A DNA stretch of 64,000 bases from Candidatus Spongiisociaceae bacterium. Its GTDB lineage: Bacteria; Actinomycetota; Acidimicrobiia; Spongiisociales; Spongiisociaceae. The notes beneath the pieces are model-generated. The model saw nothing but the letters and a program-made list of their open reading frames with translations, was not told the DNA's origin and searched no databases. The translations under genes were made by a program, and so were the position numbers. The DNA is taken from contig OZ253564.1 in the NCBI GenBank assembly GCA_965262915.1, positions 4,256,001 through 4,320,000 on the forward strand, read 5' to 3'. Positions 10,066-21,208 of this stretch are shown here, piece after piece (the first letter of the stretch is position 1; the number at the start of each line of letters is the position of its first letter).

Positions 10066-11421
10066 CTACCGGTCCACGTCGCCCATGACGGGATCGAGGG
10101 AGGCGATGCAGGCGACGGAGTCCGCCACCAGGGAACCGGCCATCATGATGGGCAGGGCCTGGAGGTTCGAGAACGAGGGCGCCCTGGTGTGCATCCGCAG
10201 CGGCATGCCGCCGCCGTCGGAGACTAGGTAGCAACCCAGCTCGCCGCGGGGGGACTCGATGGCCACGTAGGTCTCGCCGGCCGGGACCTTGAAACCCTCC
10301 GTGTAGATCTTGAAATGGTGGATCAGCGCCTCCATCGACTCGTTGATCCGCCGTCGGGGAGGGGGCGACACCTTGCGGTCACCGGTCTTGTAGTCACCGC
10401 GGGGCATGGCATCGGCGACCTGGGAGACGATGCGCAGCGACTGCCGCATCTCCCCTATACGTACCCGGTACCGGTCGTAGACATCCCCGTAGCTCCCCGT
10501 CACCACGTCGAAGTCGTAGGAGTCGATCCCCGAATAAGGCTGGGAGCGGCGGAGATCCCAGCCCACACCCGCGGCGCGGAGCGTGGGGCCGGTGATCCCG
10601 TACGCCAGGCACTCCTCGGCGGTGATGATGCCGACGCCCTGGGTGCGGCCCTTCCAGATCGAGTTCTCCTTGAGCAGGTCCTCGTAGTCCCGCATCGCCA
10701 CCGGTATCTTCTCGAGGATCAGCGCCACGTCGTCCTCCCACCCGTCGGGCAGGTCGGCGGCCACGCCTCCGGGACGGATGTAGTTGTGGTTCATGCGCAG
10801 TCCGGTGGTCTTCTCGAAGAAGGCGAGGATCAGCTCCCGTTCCCGGAACCCGTACATCATCATCGACAGAGCCCCGATGTCCATACCGTTGGTGGCGGTG
10901 GCGACCAGGTGGGACGACACCCGGTTGAGTTCGGTCATCAGCACCCGGATCGCCCGCGCACGAGGCGGGATCTCGACCCCCAGCAACTTCTCTACCGCCA
11001 GCGAATAGCACAACTCGTTGTGCAGGGGGGCCAGGTAGTCCATACGGGTGACGTTGGTCCCGCCCTGGAAGAAGGTCAGCGTCTCGGCGGTCTTCTCCAT
11101 GCCGGTGTGCAGGTAGCCGATGACCGGTTTGATGCGACGGACGATCTCGCCCTCGAGTTCCAGGTTGAGGCGCAGCACGCCGTGGGTGGAGGGGTGCTGC
11201 GGTCCCATGTTGATGATCATCCGCTCGTCGTCGGCCACCGTGTCGTCGATCACCCAGTCGTCGACGACCCGGCTGCCCCGTTGCTCGAGGGCGCGGTGCG
11301 TGGTCTCGTCACGGCCCATCTCCTGGGCGCCCTCGTCGGTACCGGCCACCATCCATTCGGCCACCTCGGGGACTTCGGTGCCGGATACCCAGATGTCGGT
11401 GGTGGCGGTCGTCTCGGCCAT
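10066..11421 (-). CDS. nuoD: NADH-quinone oxidoreductase subunit D
   Basis: Start MAETTAT (ATG 11421). Motifs NMGPQHPSTHGVLRL, GYLHTGMEK and C-terminal DPVMGDVDR. Confidence 0.98.
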   Translation of the reverse strand: MAETTATTDIWVSGTEVPEVAEWMVAGTDEGAQEMGRDETTHRALEQRGSRVVDDWVIDDTVADDERMIINMGPQHPSTHGVLRLNLELEGEIVRRIKPVIGYLHTGMEKTAETLTFFQGGTNVTRMDYLAPLHNELCYSLAVEKLLGVEIPPRARAIRVLMTELNRVSSHLVATATNGMDIGALSMMMYGFRERELILAFFEKTTGLRMNHNYIRPGGVAADLPDGWEDDVALILEKIPVAMRDYEDLLKENSIWKGRTQGVGIITAEECLAYGITGPTLRAAGVGWDLRRSQPYSGIDSYDFDVVTGSYGDVYDRYRVRIGEMRQSLRIVSQVADAMPRGDYKTGDRKVSPPPRRRINESMEALIHHFKIYTEGFKVPAGETYVAIESPRGELGCYLVSDGGGMPLRMHTRAPSFSNLQALPIMMAGSLVADSVACIASLDPVMGDVDR

Positions 11422-11927
11422 CACACCACCTGGTGGGCTTCCTTGAACTGGACCGGAACCGCCCCTACACCGAAGTCCCGCCGCAACGGATGGCCCTCCC
11501 AGTCGTCGGGCATCAGAATCCGGGTGAGGTCCGGGTGACCGTCGAACCGGATGCCGAACATGTCGTAGACCTCTCGCTCCAGGAAGTTGGCACCCGGGTA
11601 GACGGGCACCAGCGACGGCGCCACCGGCGCGTCCTCGGTCACCGGGACGAGTATCCGGAGGCGGCGGTTGTGCCGCAGGGACAGGAGGTGGACGACCAGC
11701 TCGAAACGGGTGCGGCGGATTCCCTGGTAGTCGACCGCGGTGATGTCCGAGCACATCTCGAAACCGGCCGCCCTGGCCGCCGCGGCCAGCCTCGCCAGGC
11801 CGGCGGCCGGGACCCTGATGATGTCGTCGCCGGCGGCCCTCCCGGCTTCCGCGCCGGGGACCGCCTCGACGAGGCCCGCCACCAAGTCATCGGAGTGAGG
11901 AGTAGCAGCGGCCCGGTCGCCGGCCAT
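11421..11927 (-). CDS. nuoC: NADH-quinone oxidoreductase subunit C
   Basis: Start MAGDRA (ATG 11927). Motif EREVYDMFGIRFDGHPDLTRILMPDDWEGHPLRRDF. Confidence 0.97.
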   Translation of the reverse strand: MAGDRAAATPHSDDLVAGLVEAVPGAEAGRAAGDDIIRVPAAGLARLAAAARAAGFEMCSDITAVDYQGIRRTRFELVVHLLSLRHNRRLRILVPVTEDAPVAPSLVPVYPGANFLEREVYDMFGIRFDGHPDLTRILMPDDWEGHPLRRDFGVGAVPVQFKEAHQVV

Positions 11928-12397
11928 CAGCGGGCCAACTCCCCGGACATCACCTTGTCCTGGAGGGTGAGGATTCCGTGCATCAGGGATTGGGGACCGG
12001 GCGGGCACCCCGGCACGTAGATGTCGACCGGCACGATCTGGTCGACCCCCTGAACCAGGGCATAATTGTTGAACATACCGCCGGTGGATGCGCAGGCGCC
12101 CATCGAGATGACCCATTTGGGATCGGCCATCTGGTCGTAGACCTGGCGCAGAACCGGCGCCATCTTCTGGGAAACCCGTCCCGCCACCACCATCAGGTCG
12201 GCCTGGCGGGGAGAAGCCCGGAACACCTCCATCCCGAACCGCGCCAGGTCGTTGTGGGCGGTCCCGGTGGCCATCATCTCGATGGCGCAGCAGGCCAACC
12301 CGAAGGTGGCCGGCCACATGGACTGCGTCTGAGCCCAGCGCATCGCCTTGCCCAGGGTGGTGGTGAGGAGGTGTGGCGGGGTGGTCAATCGCGCCAT
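11927..12397 (-). CDS. nuoB: NADH-quinone oxidoreductase subunit B
   Basis: Start MARLTTPP (ATG 12397). Motifs [17 protein letters not shown] and VPGCPP. Confidence 0.98.
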   Translation of the reverse strand: MARLTTPPHLLTTTLGKAMRWAQTQSMWPATFGLACCAIEMMATGTAHNDLARFGMEVFRASPRQADLMVVAGRVSQKMAPVLRQVYDQMADPKWVISMGACASTGGMFNNYALVQGVDQIVPVDIYVPGCPPGPQSLMHGILTLQDKVMSGELAR

Positions 12398-12816
12398 CAG
12401 GTCGCGGTCTCCCCGACGGCTCGCCCCGAACCGGCGCGGTACCGGGCCCGGCGGGAGACATTCCAGTCCAGGGCGCCGCGTTTCCAGACGTAACCGAGCG
12501 TCTCCACGATCAGCAGGGTGAACACGGTGATCGCCCCCACGCCGGCCCACCCGAGATCGCCGAACACGGCCGCCCACGCGAACAGGAAGACGATCTCGAC
12601 ATCGAAGATCACGAACAGGATCGCCACCAAGTAGAACTTGACCGGGAATCGCTGGATGGGCTCCGCCTCCGTGACGATCCCGCACTCGTAGGGTTCCAGC
12701 TTCTCGGGCGTCGGACGTTTGTAGGAGATCAGGTAGGAAACGACCAGGGACACGCCCGCGAACGCCGCGGCCAGCAGGAACATCACCGCTATAGGGAGAT
12801 ACTCAGAAAGGTCCAA
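12397..12816 (-). CDS. nuoA: NADH-quinone oxidoreductase subunit A
   Basis: Motifs KLEPYECG and [18 protein letters not shown]. Confidence 0.97.
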   Translation of the reverse strand: MDLSEYLPIAVMFLLAAAFAGVSLVVSYLISYKRPTPEKLEPYECGIVTEAEPIQRFPVKFYLVAILFVIFDVEIVFLFAWAAVFGDLGWAGVGAITVFTLLIVETLGYVWKRGALDWNVSRRARYRAGSGRAVGETAT

Positions 12817-13243
12817 CCCGTCCCTTCGTCAGGCACGTTCAGACTAGGAAGACGGTCCGTCGGTGCCAAAACGACCCGGCCGACATCCGGCCAGGGCAAC
12901 CCCGAACGGCACCCGCTCGGTCAGTACCCGGCACGATCCGCTCCTGTTATGTTTCGCGGCAAGGCTCAGGAAGGGTCGAGCCGGATGCCGAGTGGATCGA
13001 GAGGTCGCTGTGTCGCCTGGAGACGGTGGCCGGCTCTCGCCATAGCACTAGCCGCGCTCAACCGGTGAACCTCGCCGGCCCGATCCACCGATGAGTCCCC
13101 CTTGATGACTACTGCCCCGACGACGTCACCCACGCGGAGATAACCACCTTCCTCTACGGGGCACGTAACCTTCTCTGAAGCCGGCGGCCCACCCGAAGGC
13201 CAACGTCTCTTCGCTGCTCATGCGGACGGATCGCAGGTTGGGT

Positions 13244-13597
13244 CTACCCGAGCCAGTGCTCTCCCACGATCGCATCGCGTGTGCTGAGCAAGGCGTCCAA
13301 CGCCCCGACCAACCGCCCGATCGTTCGCCCATCTGCTCGCGGATAGGCTCTGTCGCTCGTCAGGATGAGCGCGGGAGAGCCATGTGCGCCCCGCAGTGCT
13401 CTGGCCGCAAGCGCTCGATAGTCCGCCGCGTTCTCGGTCACGATCGCCCGGCCTCGGGCCAGTGCCTCCTGGAAGATCGTCTCATCAGCCCACCCTCGAA
13501 GCTCGGGGCGTTCCGCCACGGCCACCACGTCGTGGCCGCGGGCCCGGAGCGCAGAGGCGATTGCCGGAGGCCACATCTCGTCGAGTAACGGCTTCAC
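13244..13597 (-). CDS. PIN-like toxin (DUF5615/VapC45-like)
   Basis: GTG start overlaps the antitoxin stop. Sequence (V)KPLLDEMWPPAIASALRARGHDV...DETIF...RAIVTENAADY fits the family. Confidence 0.82.
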   Translation of the reverse strand: MKPLLDEMWPPAIASALRARGHDVVAVAERPELRGWADETIFQEALARGRAIVTENAADYRALAARALRGAHGSPALILTSDRAYPRADGRTIGRLVGALDALLSTRDAIVGEHWLG

Positions 13598-14016
13598 CTG
13601 GCGAGGAGTTCCTGCTCCCGCCGCCATCGGGCCTCCGCCCGGTCCGCCTCGGCTTGGACCCGACGGATCCATCCGTCGATCTCATCCCGGTAGTCCGCGT
13701 AGTAACGGAGGGCGTCCGACACCTGATCGGGCGCAAGTCCCATCCTCTCAGCGACCCCCGCCGCCCCGTCACCGTCGCCGGACCCGGCTTCGGGAAGCGC
13801 CCGTACCACCTCCCATACGTCCGGTCCGCCGATCAGCCCGGCGCGTCGCCCCGCGGGACCCGAACGGAACACGATCCGAGGATGCTCCTCCATCCGCAGC
13901 CCCTCTTGCAACAACCTCTTCGCGACTGCCGATCGCGATTGGCCACTTCTTCGGCTCTGTGTATCCAGTTGCGCCAAGAGATCCTCTCCCACCCGTACCG
14001 ATAGGTGCCGGCCCAT
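13594..14016 (-). CDS. Antitoxin: RHH domain plus DUF433-like domain
   Basis: HLSVRVGEDLLAQLD...SRSAVAKRLLQEGL (RHH-like), then IVFRSGPAGRRAGLIGGPDVWEVV...ALRYYADYRDEID. Coupled to the PIN gene. Confidence 0.8.
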   Translation of the reverse strand: MGRHLSVRVGEDLLAQLDTQSRRSGQSRSAVAKRLLQEGLRMEEHPRIVFRSGPAGRRAGLIGGPDVWEVVRALPEAGSGDGDGAAGVAERMGLAPDQVSDALRYYADYRDEIDGWIRRVQAEADRAEARWRREQELLAR

Positions 14017-14114
14017 GACATGACTCCTCTGGTGTACCACGTTGTCACACACCGTAACACCTACTCGAACGCTCGGGAAGCCACCCGGCCTGTGTGTGCG
14101 CGCTGCTCGGTCCG

Positions 14115-15413
14115 TTATGTGGTGTAGTCGGCGTTGATGCGGACGTAACCGGCGGTGAGGTCGCAGCCGTACACCGTGAAGGTGCCTCCTGCGGCCGGAG
14201 CCGAACCGTCCGGGGTGATGCCCAGGCTGACGTGGATCAGGATCTCCGGCGCCGCCAGGTACCGCTCCAGTTCACCGAGCAGTTCCGGAGTGGCCGGGGT
14301 CGGGTAGACCTCGGCCACTCCGAAACGGATCACTACCCGGTCGGGATCGATGTCCGAATCGTTGCACTTACCCACCGCCATCGCCACACGTCCCCAGTTC
14401 GGATCGCGACCGTGGACGGCGGTCTTGACCAGTGGGGAGTTGACGATCGCCTTGGCCACCCGCTTCGCCTGTGCGTCGTCTCGGGCCTCGTCCACCGTAA
14501 CCACGATCAGCGTCTCCGCGCCCTCCCCGTCGGCCGCCAACTGGCGGGTCAGGTCCAGGGACACCTCCTCGATGGCTGCCTCCAACTCTGCACCGTCCAC
14601 CGGGCCCGCCCGGCCCGACGCCAGGATCACCGCCATGTCGCTCGTGGAGGTGTCGGTGTCGATGCTGAGGGCGTTGAAGGTGCGGTCCACCACCCTGCGG
14701 AACATGGCGTCGAGCACCGATGCATCCACCTCGGCATCGGTCGTGACCACCGCCAGCATGGTCGCCATGTCCGGCTCGATCATCCCCACGCCCTTGGCGA
14801 TGCCAACCACCCGTGCCGCGCCCGCCCTGGCGGTGGCAACCTTCGGGTGGGTGTCGGTGGTCATCATCGCGGTGGCGGCCACGGTCGCCGAACCCGGAGT
14901 GGCGAACGGGGAACCGGCGGTTCGGAGAGCGGTCATATAGCGACGGATACGGTCCATGGGGTACCGAACCCCTATCACTCCGGTCGAGGCCACGATCACC
15001 TCGGTGGCCTCGCAGCCCACCGCCCCGGCCGTGAGCCGTGCGAGCTCGCCGGCATGGGCCGCACCCACGGCGCCGGTCGCCACATTGGCGTTCTTGGAGA
15101 TCACCACCACCGCCCGCGCCCTTCCGCCGACGAGATGGGCCCGGCTGAGCGTGACGCTGGGTCCCGAGAAACGGCTCCGGGTGAACACCCCGGCGGCGGT
15201 GGTCCCCTGCGTCGCCGACAGGATCATCACATCTCTGCTGCCATCCTTGATCCCGATGCTGCCACTGTGCAACCCGAACCCGTCCGGAAAATCGACCTCC
15301 GGTACCCCTCGCCCCCTCCCGTCCCCACCTGCCGGAGCGGTACGCCAAGGAGGGACCCCGCCGGGGCCTGCCTCGTCCGTACCCTGCCGCCGGGAATCCG
15401 CTGCTGCTGTCAC
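14115..15413 (-). CDS. argJ: Glutamate N-acetyltransferase ArgJ
   Basis: Motifs AAGVFT, KGVGMIEPDMATML (autocleavage), DTDTSTSD, DGEGA, DPNWGR and NADYTT. GTG start chosen because a TAACAT -10-like hexamer lies 7 nt upstream. Confidence 0.95.
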   Translation of the reverse strand: MTAAADSRRQGTDEAGPGGVPPWRTAPAGGDGRGRGVPEVDFPDGFGLHSGSIGIKDGSRDVMILSATQGTTAAGVFTRSRFSGPSVTLSRAHLVGGRARAVVVISKNANVATGAVGAAHAGELARLTAGAVGCEATEVIVASTGVIGVRYPMDRIRRYMTALRTAGSPFATPGSATVAATAMMTTDTHPKVATARAGAARVVGIAKGVGMIEPDMATMLAVVTTDAEVDASVLDAMFRRVVDRTFNALSIDTDTSTSDMAVILASGRAGPVDGAELEAAIEEVSLDLTRQLAADGEGAETLIVVTVDEARDDAQAKRVAKAIVNSPLVKTAVHGRDPNWGRVAMAVGKCNDSDIDPDRVVIRFGVAEVYPTPATPELLGELERYLAAPEILIHVSLGITPDGSAPAAGGTFTVYGCDLTAGYVRINADYTT

Positions 15414-15664
15414 ATCCACGATGTTAGAAGGTGCGCGGATAGGCGAGGCGCGATCGCCCGTGCAGTCACCCTTTGTTCGGCTGCTGCTCGCTGGACCCTG
15501 GTCATAGCGGTCGTCCCATGAGTCCCATGAAACGTTGCAAGCTAATGTCTTCCCCAGGTGAGCACGTCTTCCACACACCCCTTTCGGCTGTGACAGGCCG
15601 CCGACCGACGGGACGGTGCAGAAGATCCGGCATCGGCCGCGGTTTCGAGCCTTTCCCGGAGCGT

Positions 15665-15670
15665 TAACCT
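15665..15670 (+). promoter_or_regulatory. Putative -10 element (TAACCT) for a leaderless rex transcript
   Basis: TANNNT hexamer 7 nt before the rex ATG, with no Shine-Dalgarno sequence. Confidence 0.45.
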
Positions 15671-15677
15671 CACGGCG

Positions 15678-16307
15678 ATGAAGCCGGATCTCCCAGCTGC
15701 GACCGTCGAGCGGTTGCCCCGGTACCTGAGGTGTATCGAGCAACTCCCGCCCTCTCGTTTGACGATCTCGTCGAAGGACCTGGCCCGTCTCAGCAACCTC
15801 AACGCGGCCGGTGTGCGCAAGGACCTGTCCTTTCTGGGTTCTTTCGGGATACGGGGAGTGGGCTACCACGTCGACGAACTGGCCGCCCGGATCCGCAGAG
15901 CCCTGGGACTGACCGAGGACCGGGCTGTGGTGGTGATCGGGGTGGGCAATCTCGGTTCCGCTCTGGCCAACTACGGCGGCTTCGGAAACCGGGGTTTCCG
16001 GATCGTGGGGCTCTACGACGCCGACCCTGCCAAGATCGGTAAGCGGGTGGCCGGGATCGCCGTGCGCTGCATCACCATGCTGGCCGAAGATGCAGAGTCG
16101 ACCGACATCGCGGTGGGCATCATCGCAACCCCGGCCGGTGCCGCCCAGGGAGTGGCCACCCTGCTGTCGGAGGTCGGGATACCCTCGATACTGAACTTCG
16201 CTCCGGCCGTGCTGACCGTTCCGGAGGGAACCCACCTGCGGCAGGTGGATCTGGCCACCGAATTGCAGATCCTCAGCTTCTACATGTCCGGCCGGCACGC
16301 GCGATAG
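15678..16307 (+). CDS. rex: Redox-sensing transcriptional repressor Rex
   Basis: Motifs ATVERLPRYLR, VRKDLSFLGSFGIRGVGY, IGVGNLGSAL and ILNFAP. Confidence 0.97.
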   Translation: MKPDLPAATVERLPRYLRCIEQLPPSRLTISSKDLARLSNLNAAGVRKDLSFLGSFGIRGVGYHVDELAARIRRALGLTEDRAVVVIGVGNLGSALANYGGFGNRGFRIVGLYDADPAKIGKRVAGIAVRCITMLAEDAESTDIAVGIIATPAGAAQGVATLLSEVGIPSILNFAPAVLTVPEGTHLRQVDLATELQILSFYMSGRHAR

Positions 16308-16467
16308 CCGGTTGCCGGATCCGCCGCCGTAGGAGGCCGGCGAAGAGCACCTTCGATTGCGCCTCACCGCCGCATCGCGGTAGCTTGATCCCCTGAGTCA
16401 CCCGTTGCTATGGGATGCGTGGCGACGTTACGACCCCGACCGACTGCTACAGCAAGGTTGAAGCCAG

Positions 16468-18423
16468 TTGAGTGCTCTGAACATCAGCAGCTTCATATGG
16501 GGTATCGCGGACGATGTGCTGCGCGATATCTACGTGCGGGGAAAGTACCGCGACGTCATCCTGCCCATGACGGTCATCCGCCGCCTCGACGCGGTGCTAG
16601 AACCGACGAAGCACAAGGTGCTCCGTATGAAAGCCCAGCTAGACGACGCGGGCATAGCGAACCAGGACGCCGCGCTGCGCGAGGCGTCCGGCGAAGCCTT
16701 CTACAACACGTCTCCCTTCAGGCTTCGCGACCTCACCGCCCGGGGACGGCAGCAGCAGTTGCGAGCCGACTTCGAGGCATATCTAGACGGCTTCTCGCCC
16801 AACATCCAGTAAGTCTTGGAGAAGTTCAAGTTCCGCAACCAGATTCCCACGCTGGTGGAAGCGGATGCGCTGGGGTTCCTGTTGGAGAAGTTCCTCGACA
16901 GCTCGGTCAACCTCAGCCCACGCCCCGTTCTGAATGGGGACGGCTCCGTGCGGCTGGAGGGCCTGGACAACCACAGCATGGGCACCGTCTTCGAGGAGCT
17001 CATCCGCCGCTTCAACGAGGAGAACAACGAGGAGGCCGGGGAGCACTTCACCCCTAGGGACGTTGTACGACTCATGGCTCGGCTCGTCTTCCTGCCGGTA
17101 GCCGAGGAGGTCAAGTCCGGCACCTACCTGGTCTACGACGGTGCGTGCGGAACAGGTGGGATGCTGACAGTCGCGGAAGAGTCGCTGACCCAACTGGCCA
17201 GCGATAGGGGCAAGGAAGTATCCGTCCACCTGTACGGCCAGGAGGTCAACCCGGAGACCTATGCCATCAGCAAGGCGGATCTCATCCTGAAGGGAGAGGG
17301 CGCCGGGGCCGACAATTTACAGTACGGCTCCACCCTCTCCGCCGACGCCTTCCCAGCCGGCGAGTTCGACTTCATGCTCTCCAATCCGCCCTACGGCAAG
17401 AGCTGGAAGACTGACCTGGAGCGCATGGGTGGCAAATCCGGCATCAGGGACCTGCGTTTCGTCGTCGAGCATGGCGGCGTACCGGACCATTCGCTCATCA
17501 CCCGCTCCAGCGATGGCCAGATGATGTTCCTGGCCAACATGCTGAGCAAGATGAAGCAGGAGACGGAGCTGGGCAGCCGCATCGCCGAGGTCCACAACGG
17601 AAGTTCCCTCTTCACCGGCGACGCCGGGCAGGGGGAGAGCAACATCCGCCGCTGGATAATCGAGAACGACTGGTTGGAGGCCATCGTCGCGCTACCGCTG
17701 AACATGTTCTACAACACCGGCATCGCCACCTACATCTGGGTGCTCAGCAACCGCAAGCCTGCCCACCGCCGTGGCTACGTCCAGCTCATCGACGCCACAC
17801 AGGAGTACAGACCGCTGCGCAAGAACCTGGGGAAGAAGAACTGCGAGTTGCCGCAGGAGAACATCGACCGCATCTGCGATGTGTTCCTGGCCTTCGAGGA
17901 GACGGAGCAGTCCAAGATATTCCCTAACGAGGCCTTCGGCTACTGGAAGGTCACCGTCGAGCGTCCCCTGAGAGTGGACGGCGCGGATCCCAAACGTCGC
18001 TACACCGCCAAGGAGATAAAGACCCTAAAGCAAACACTCAAACGGTCTGACACCGCGCCACCGGTCATCAGGAAGATACGCAAGAGGAACGTCGAGGCGG
18101 ACCCTCTGCACGGCCTCTTCGCCGCGACCGTCAACCGCAAGCCGATCGTGGTCGAGCACGAGCCGGACTCCGGCCTGCGACACACCGAGCGGGTACCTCT
18201 GCTGGAAGAGGGCGGGGTCGAGGGCTTCTTGCGCCGGGAGGTGCTTCCCTACGCGCCCAATGCCTGGTACATGCCAACGAAGGTCAAGATCGGCTACGAG
18301 ATCAGCTTCACGCGCCACTTCTACAAGCCTCAGCCTCTGAGACCTTTGGAGGAGATACGCGCCGACATCCTGGTGTTGGAGCAAACGACGGAAGGGCTGT
18401 TGGCGGAGATACTTCCCCTATGA
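16468..18423 (+). pseudogene. hsdM: Type I RM methyltransferase HsdM, interrupted by an in-frame TAA at 16810-16812
   Basis: FIWGIADDVLRD...PNIQ*VLEKFKF; also GEHFTPRD, DGACGTGGML and NPPY. Both halves are in the same frame. Confidence 0.9.
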
Positions 18424-19244
18424 AGCGTGATATATTCCGCCATCTCAAGGAGCATTACATCTCCGTTGCAAGAGAACTGAGCAGCCAAGCACGTCAAGCA
18501 GGATTGCTCACCAATCCAACGGGCGTAGGCACAGAGCGCGAGGACGTTTACAGAGCCTTTCTAGAACGCCACCTACCTAAGATGTGCGATGTATTCCTTG
18601 GTGGGTACGTCTTTGACACAAAAGGCATTTCCTCAGCTCAGATCGATGTGATCGTAACCAGCGGTAATACACCCAGGTTTCGGATGTCCAGTGGGAACCG
18701 ATATATTGCCTCACTGGAAGGGACCATCGGAGTCGTAGAAGTCAAGTCTCGGCTAAACAAAAGTACTTTGCAAGAGGCGTTGTATAACTGTGCCTCAATC
18801 CCTTCCATGCCTGATTCTAAGGGTATCATAGCACCATACCTAAGACTAAATGAAGAAAAATGGGAGGATTTGCCGTACAAAATCCTCTATGCATACGACG
18901 GCATTGCAGTAAGCACGATTTGTAGGTATCTTGCATCTTTCTACAATCAGCACCAAGGAATACCGATAGCCCGAAGGACTAATATCATTCACGTACTAGA
19001 AAAGTAGATGATCGTACGTATTACCCCTGATATGGCGGTCGTCAATCCTGATGGAAGGCCAGATCCAAACCAACCCGAGGTAGGACAATATAAGCCATTC
19101 CTCACAGGCTCGGACGCTTCGGCAATGGTATGGACGCTCATCGCTTTGCAGGAGAATTCGTTTCTGTGCAACAGCTTAATGTATAAGTATGGCGAATGGC
19201 ACAACAAGATAATGGAGCGGATACAGAAGGAATCGCCACAATGA
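18420..19244 (+). pseudogene. PD-(D/E)xK-like accessory protein (DUF6602-like), split by an in-frame TAG at 19005-19007
   Basis: GTEREDVYRAFLERHLP...SAQIDVIV...VVEVKSRL. The frame continues after the stop (EK*MIVRI). AT-richer than the flanks. Confidence 0.65.
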
Positions 19245-20588
19245 ATAAGCGCTGCCTATACTCCGCCTACAAATCCTCCGGCTCCGCTTGGCTCGGTGAC
19301 TTACCAGTGCATTGGGAGGTTAGGCGGCTTCGGACTGTTGCCGAAATGCGTGTGAGCAACGTAGATAAGCGTATCAGGAAGGATGAGACACCGATTCGTC
19401 TATGTAACTACGTCGATGTCTACAAGAACGACTGGATCACTCAGTCAATGCCGTTCATGAATGCAACGGCCTCAGAGAACGAGATTAGGAGATTCCGGTT
19501 ACAACTCGGTGATGTCCTGATCACAAAAGACTCGGAGACTTGGGACGATATAGGAGTTCCGGCACTGGTAACAGAGCCCGCGGATGACCTTCGCTGGTTA
19601 TCATCTGGCCTTGCTGCGGCCATTCAAGAGCATACTAGGAGCATTCTTGGTCCGTGCTCTACAGAGCAAGGAGGTTGCATACCAGTTTCACATAAGGGCG
19701 AATGGTGTGACACGGTACGGCCTGACCCATGTGAGTATTCAATCCGTTCATGTTCCTCTCCCACCCCTCAATGAACAAGCCGCCATCGTCCGGTACTTGG
19801 ACTACGTTGACCGGAGGGTACAGCGGTACGTCGGCGCGAAGCGGAAGCTCATCGCGCTGTTGGAGGAGGAGAAGCAGGCCGTCGTGAACCGTGCCGTCAC
19901 TCGCGGCCTCAACCCCAACGTCCGCCTCAAGTCCTCCGGTGTCGAGTGGATCGGCGACGTGCCGGAGCACTGGGAAACCATACGTGTAGGATACTTCGCC
20001 AAAGTAGCGAACGGTTCCACTCCTTCACGTAGCAATGCAGCTTACTGGATTGACGGGGTAAACCCTTGGTTGAATAGTTCCAGCGTCAACCAAGGCACCA
20101 TCACGAAGGCGGAACAGTTTGTTACTGACTTAGCCTTACGTGAGTGCCACTTGCCACGCTTACGTCCGGGCAGCGTGTTGGTCGGGATTACAGGGCAGGG
20201 CAAGACCAGGGGAATGTCAGCCGTACTCTCTATAGAAGCGACGATCAACCAGCACATGGCTTCAATTACGCCGAGAACGGAACGCGTGTCGTCGCAGTAC
20301 CTCCACATGTACCTGACCGCAGCCTACAATGAGCTTCGCGCCATCAGCAGTGCTTCGGGCAGCACGAAGGCTGCGCTGACCTGTGGGGATATCAGGCACT
20401 TTATGGTTGTGCTGCCACCCATAGACGAACAAGAACAGCTACTCTCAAACGTCAGCAGGGAACTTGTAAGAGTCACGGACGCCATCGCCCGCGCTCGCCG
20501 CCAAATCGAGTTGGTTGGGGAGTACCGCACCAGGCTGATCGCCGACGTGGTGACGGGTAAGTTGGACGTGCGTGAGGCGGCGGCCTAA
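19241..20588 (+). pseudogene. hsdS: Type I RM specificity subunit HsdS with a frameshift near 19590
   Basis: YKSSGSAWLGDLPVHW...EPADDL, then a frame change to AGYHLALLRP...PPLNEQAAIVRYL...KSSGVEWIGDVPEHW...EYRTRLIADVVTGKLDV. Confidence 0.9.
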
Positions 20589-20646
20589 GTGGAGTGACGT
20601 TACGGAAGGGCATGAAGAACCGCGGCTTGTGAGCGTGGAGGACATT

Positions 20647-20862
20647 ATGGAAGCGCCGGAAGAGATCATATTCGAGGTGACCGAGGCCGCGGAGGGTGGT
20701 TTCGATGCTCGGGCGCTGGGCTACAGCATCTTCACGCAGGGTGAAGACTGGGCCGACCTCAAGGCGATGGTTAAGGATGCCGTTCTTTGCCATTTCGGTG
20801 ACGGGGGCGAGCAGAGGGTCGTCAGGCTGCATTTCGTAAAGGACGAAGCTATCGCGGTATGA
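20647..20862 (+). CDS. HicB-like antitoxin (short RNase H-like fold)
   Basis: EIIFEVTEAAEGGFDARALGYSIFTQGEDWADLKAMVKDAVLCHF; overlaps the hicA start. Confidence 0.75.
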   Translation: MEAPEEIIFEVTEAAEGGFDARALGYSIFTQGEDWADLKAMVKDAVLCHFGDGGEQRVVRLHFVKDEAIAV

Positions 20863-21110
20863 GACTGCCCCGCGACATGTCAGGCGAAGGTCTGGCCGCG
20901 CTACTCCGGCGTCGGTACGGCTATCGCCTCGTCCGGCAAAGGGGCAGCCACATGACGTTGACCGCAACAGTCGGCGGCGTGTCGCACAGCGTGACCGTTC
21001 CACGTCATCGTGCCCTCCGAGTTGGTACGCTCGGCGGGATCGTGGCCGACGTCGCTGCGCATCTGGGCATGACTCGAGACGAAGTGCGAGCTGATCTGTT
21101 CGGGCCTTAG
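20859..21110 (+). CDS. hicA: HicA-family mRNA interferase toxin
   Basis: GYRLVRQRGSHMTL...VTVPRHRALRVGTLGGI. Confidence 0.88.
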   Translation: MRLPRDMSGEGLAALLRRRYGYRLVRQRGSHMTLTATVGGVSHSVTVPRHRALRVGTLGGIVADVAAHLGMTRDEVRADLFGP

Positions 21111-21208
21111 CCCAAGACCCCATACGTTGTGGCGGCAGGCGCGAGGCGGTAGCGAACCTGTAACGGAGCAAGGCAACAGTTGACCGACCGGGAGACGTGT
21201 CGGGACGT

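Noticed and set aside
4380-11538. Long plus-strand ORFs antisense to nuo genes (e.g. 8701-10227, 10315-11538)
   Set aside because: Shadow ORFs expected from high-GC codon bias; no recognisable motifs
12817-15677. Rex operator upstream of nuoA or rex
   Set aside because: No convincing TTGTGAA-N4-TTCACAA match found by eye
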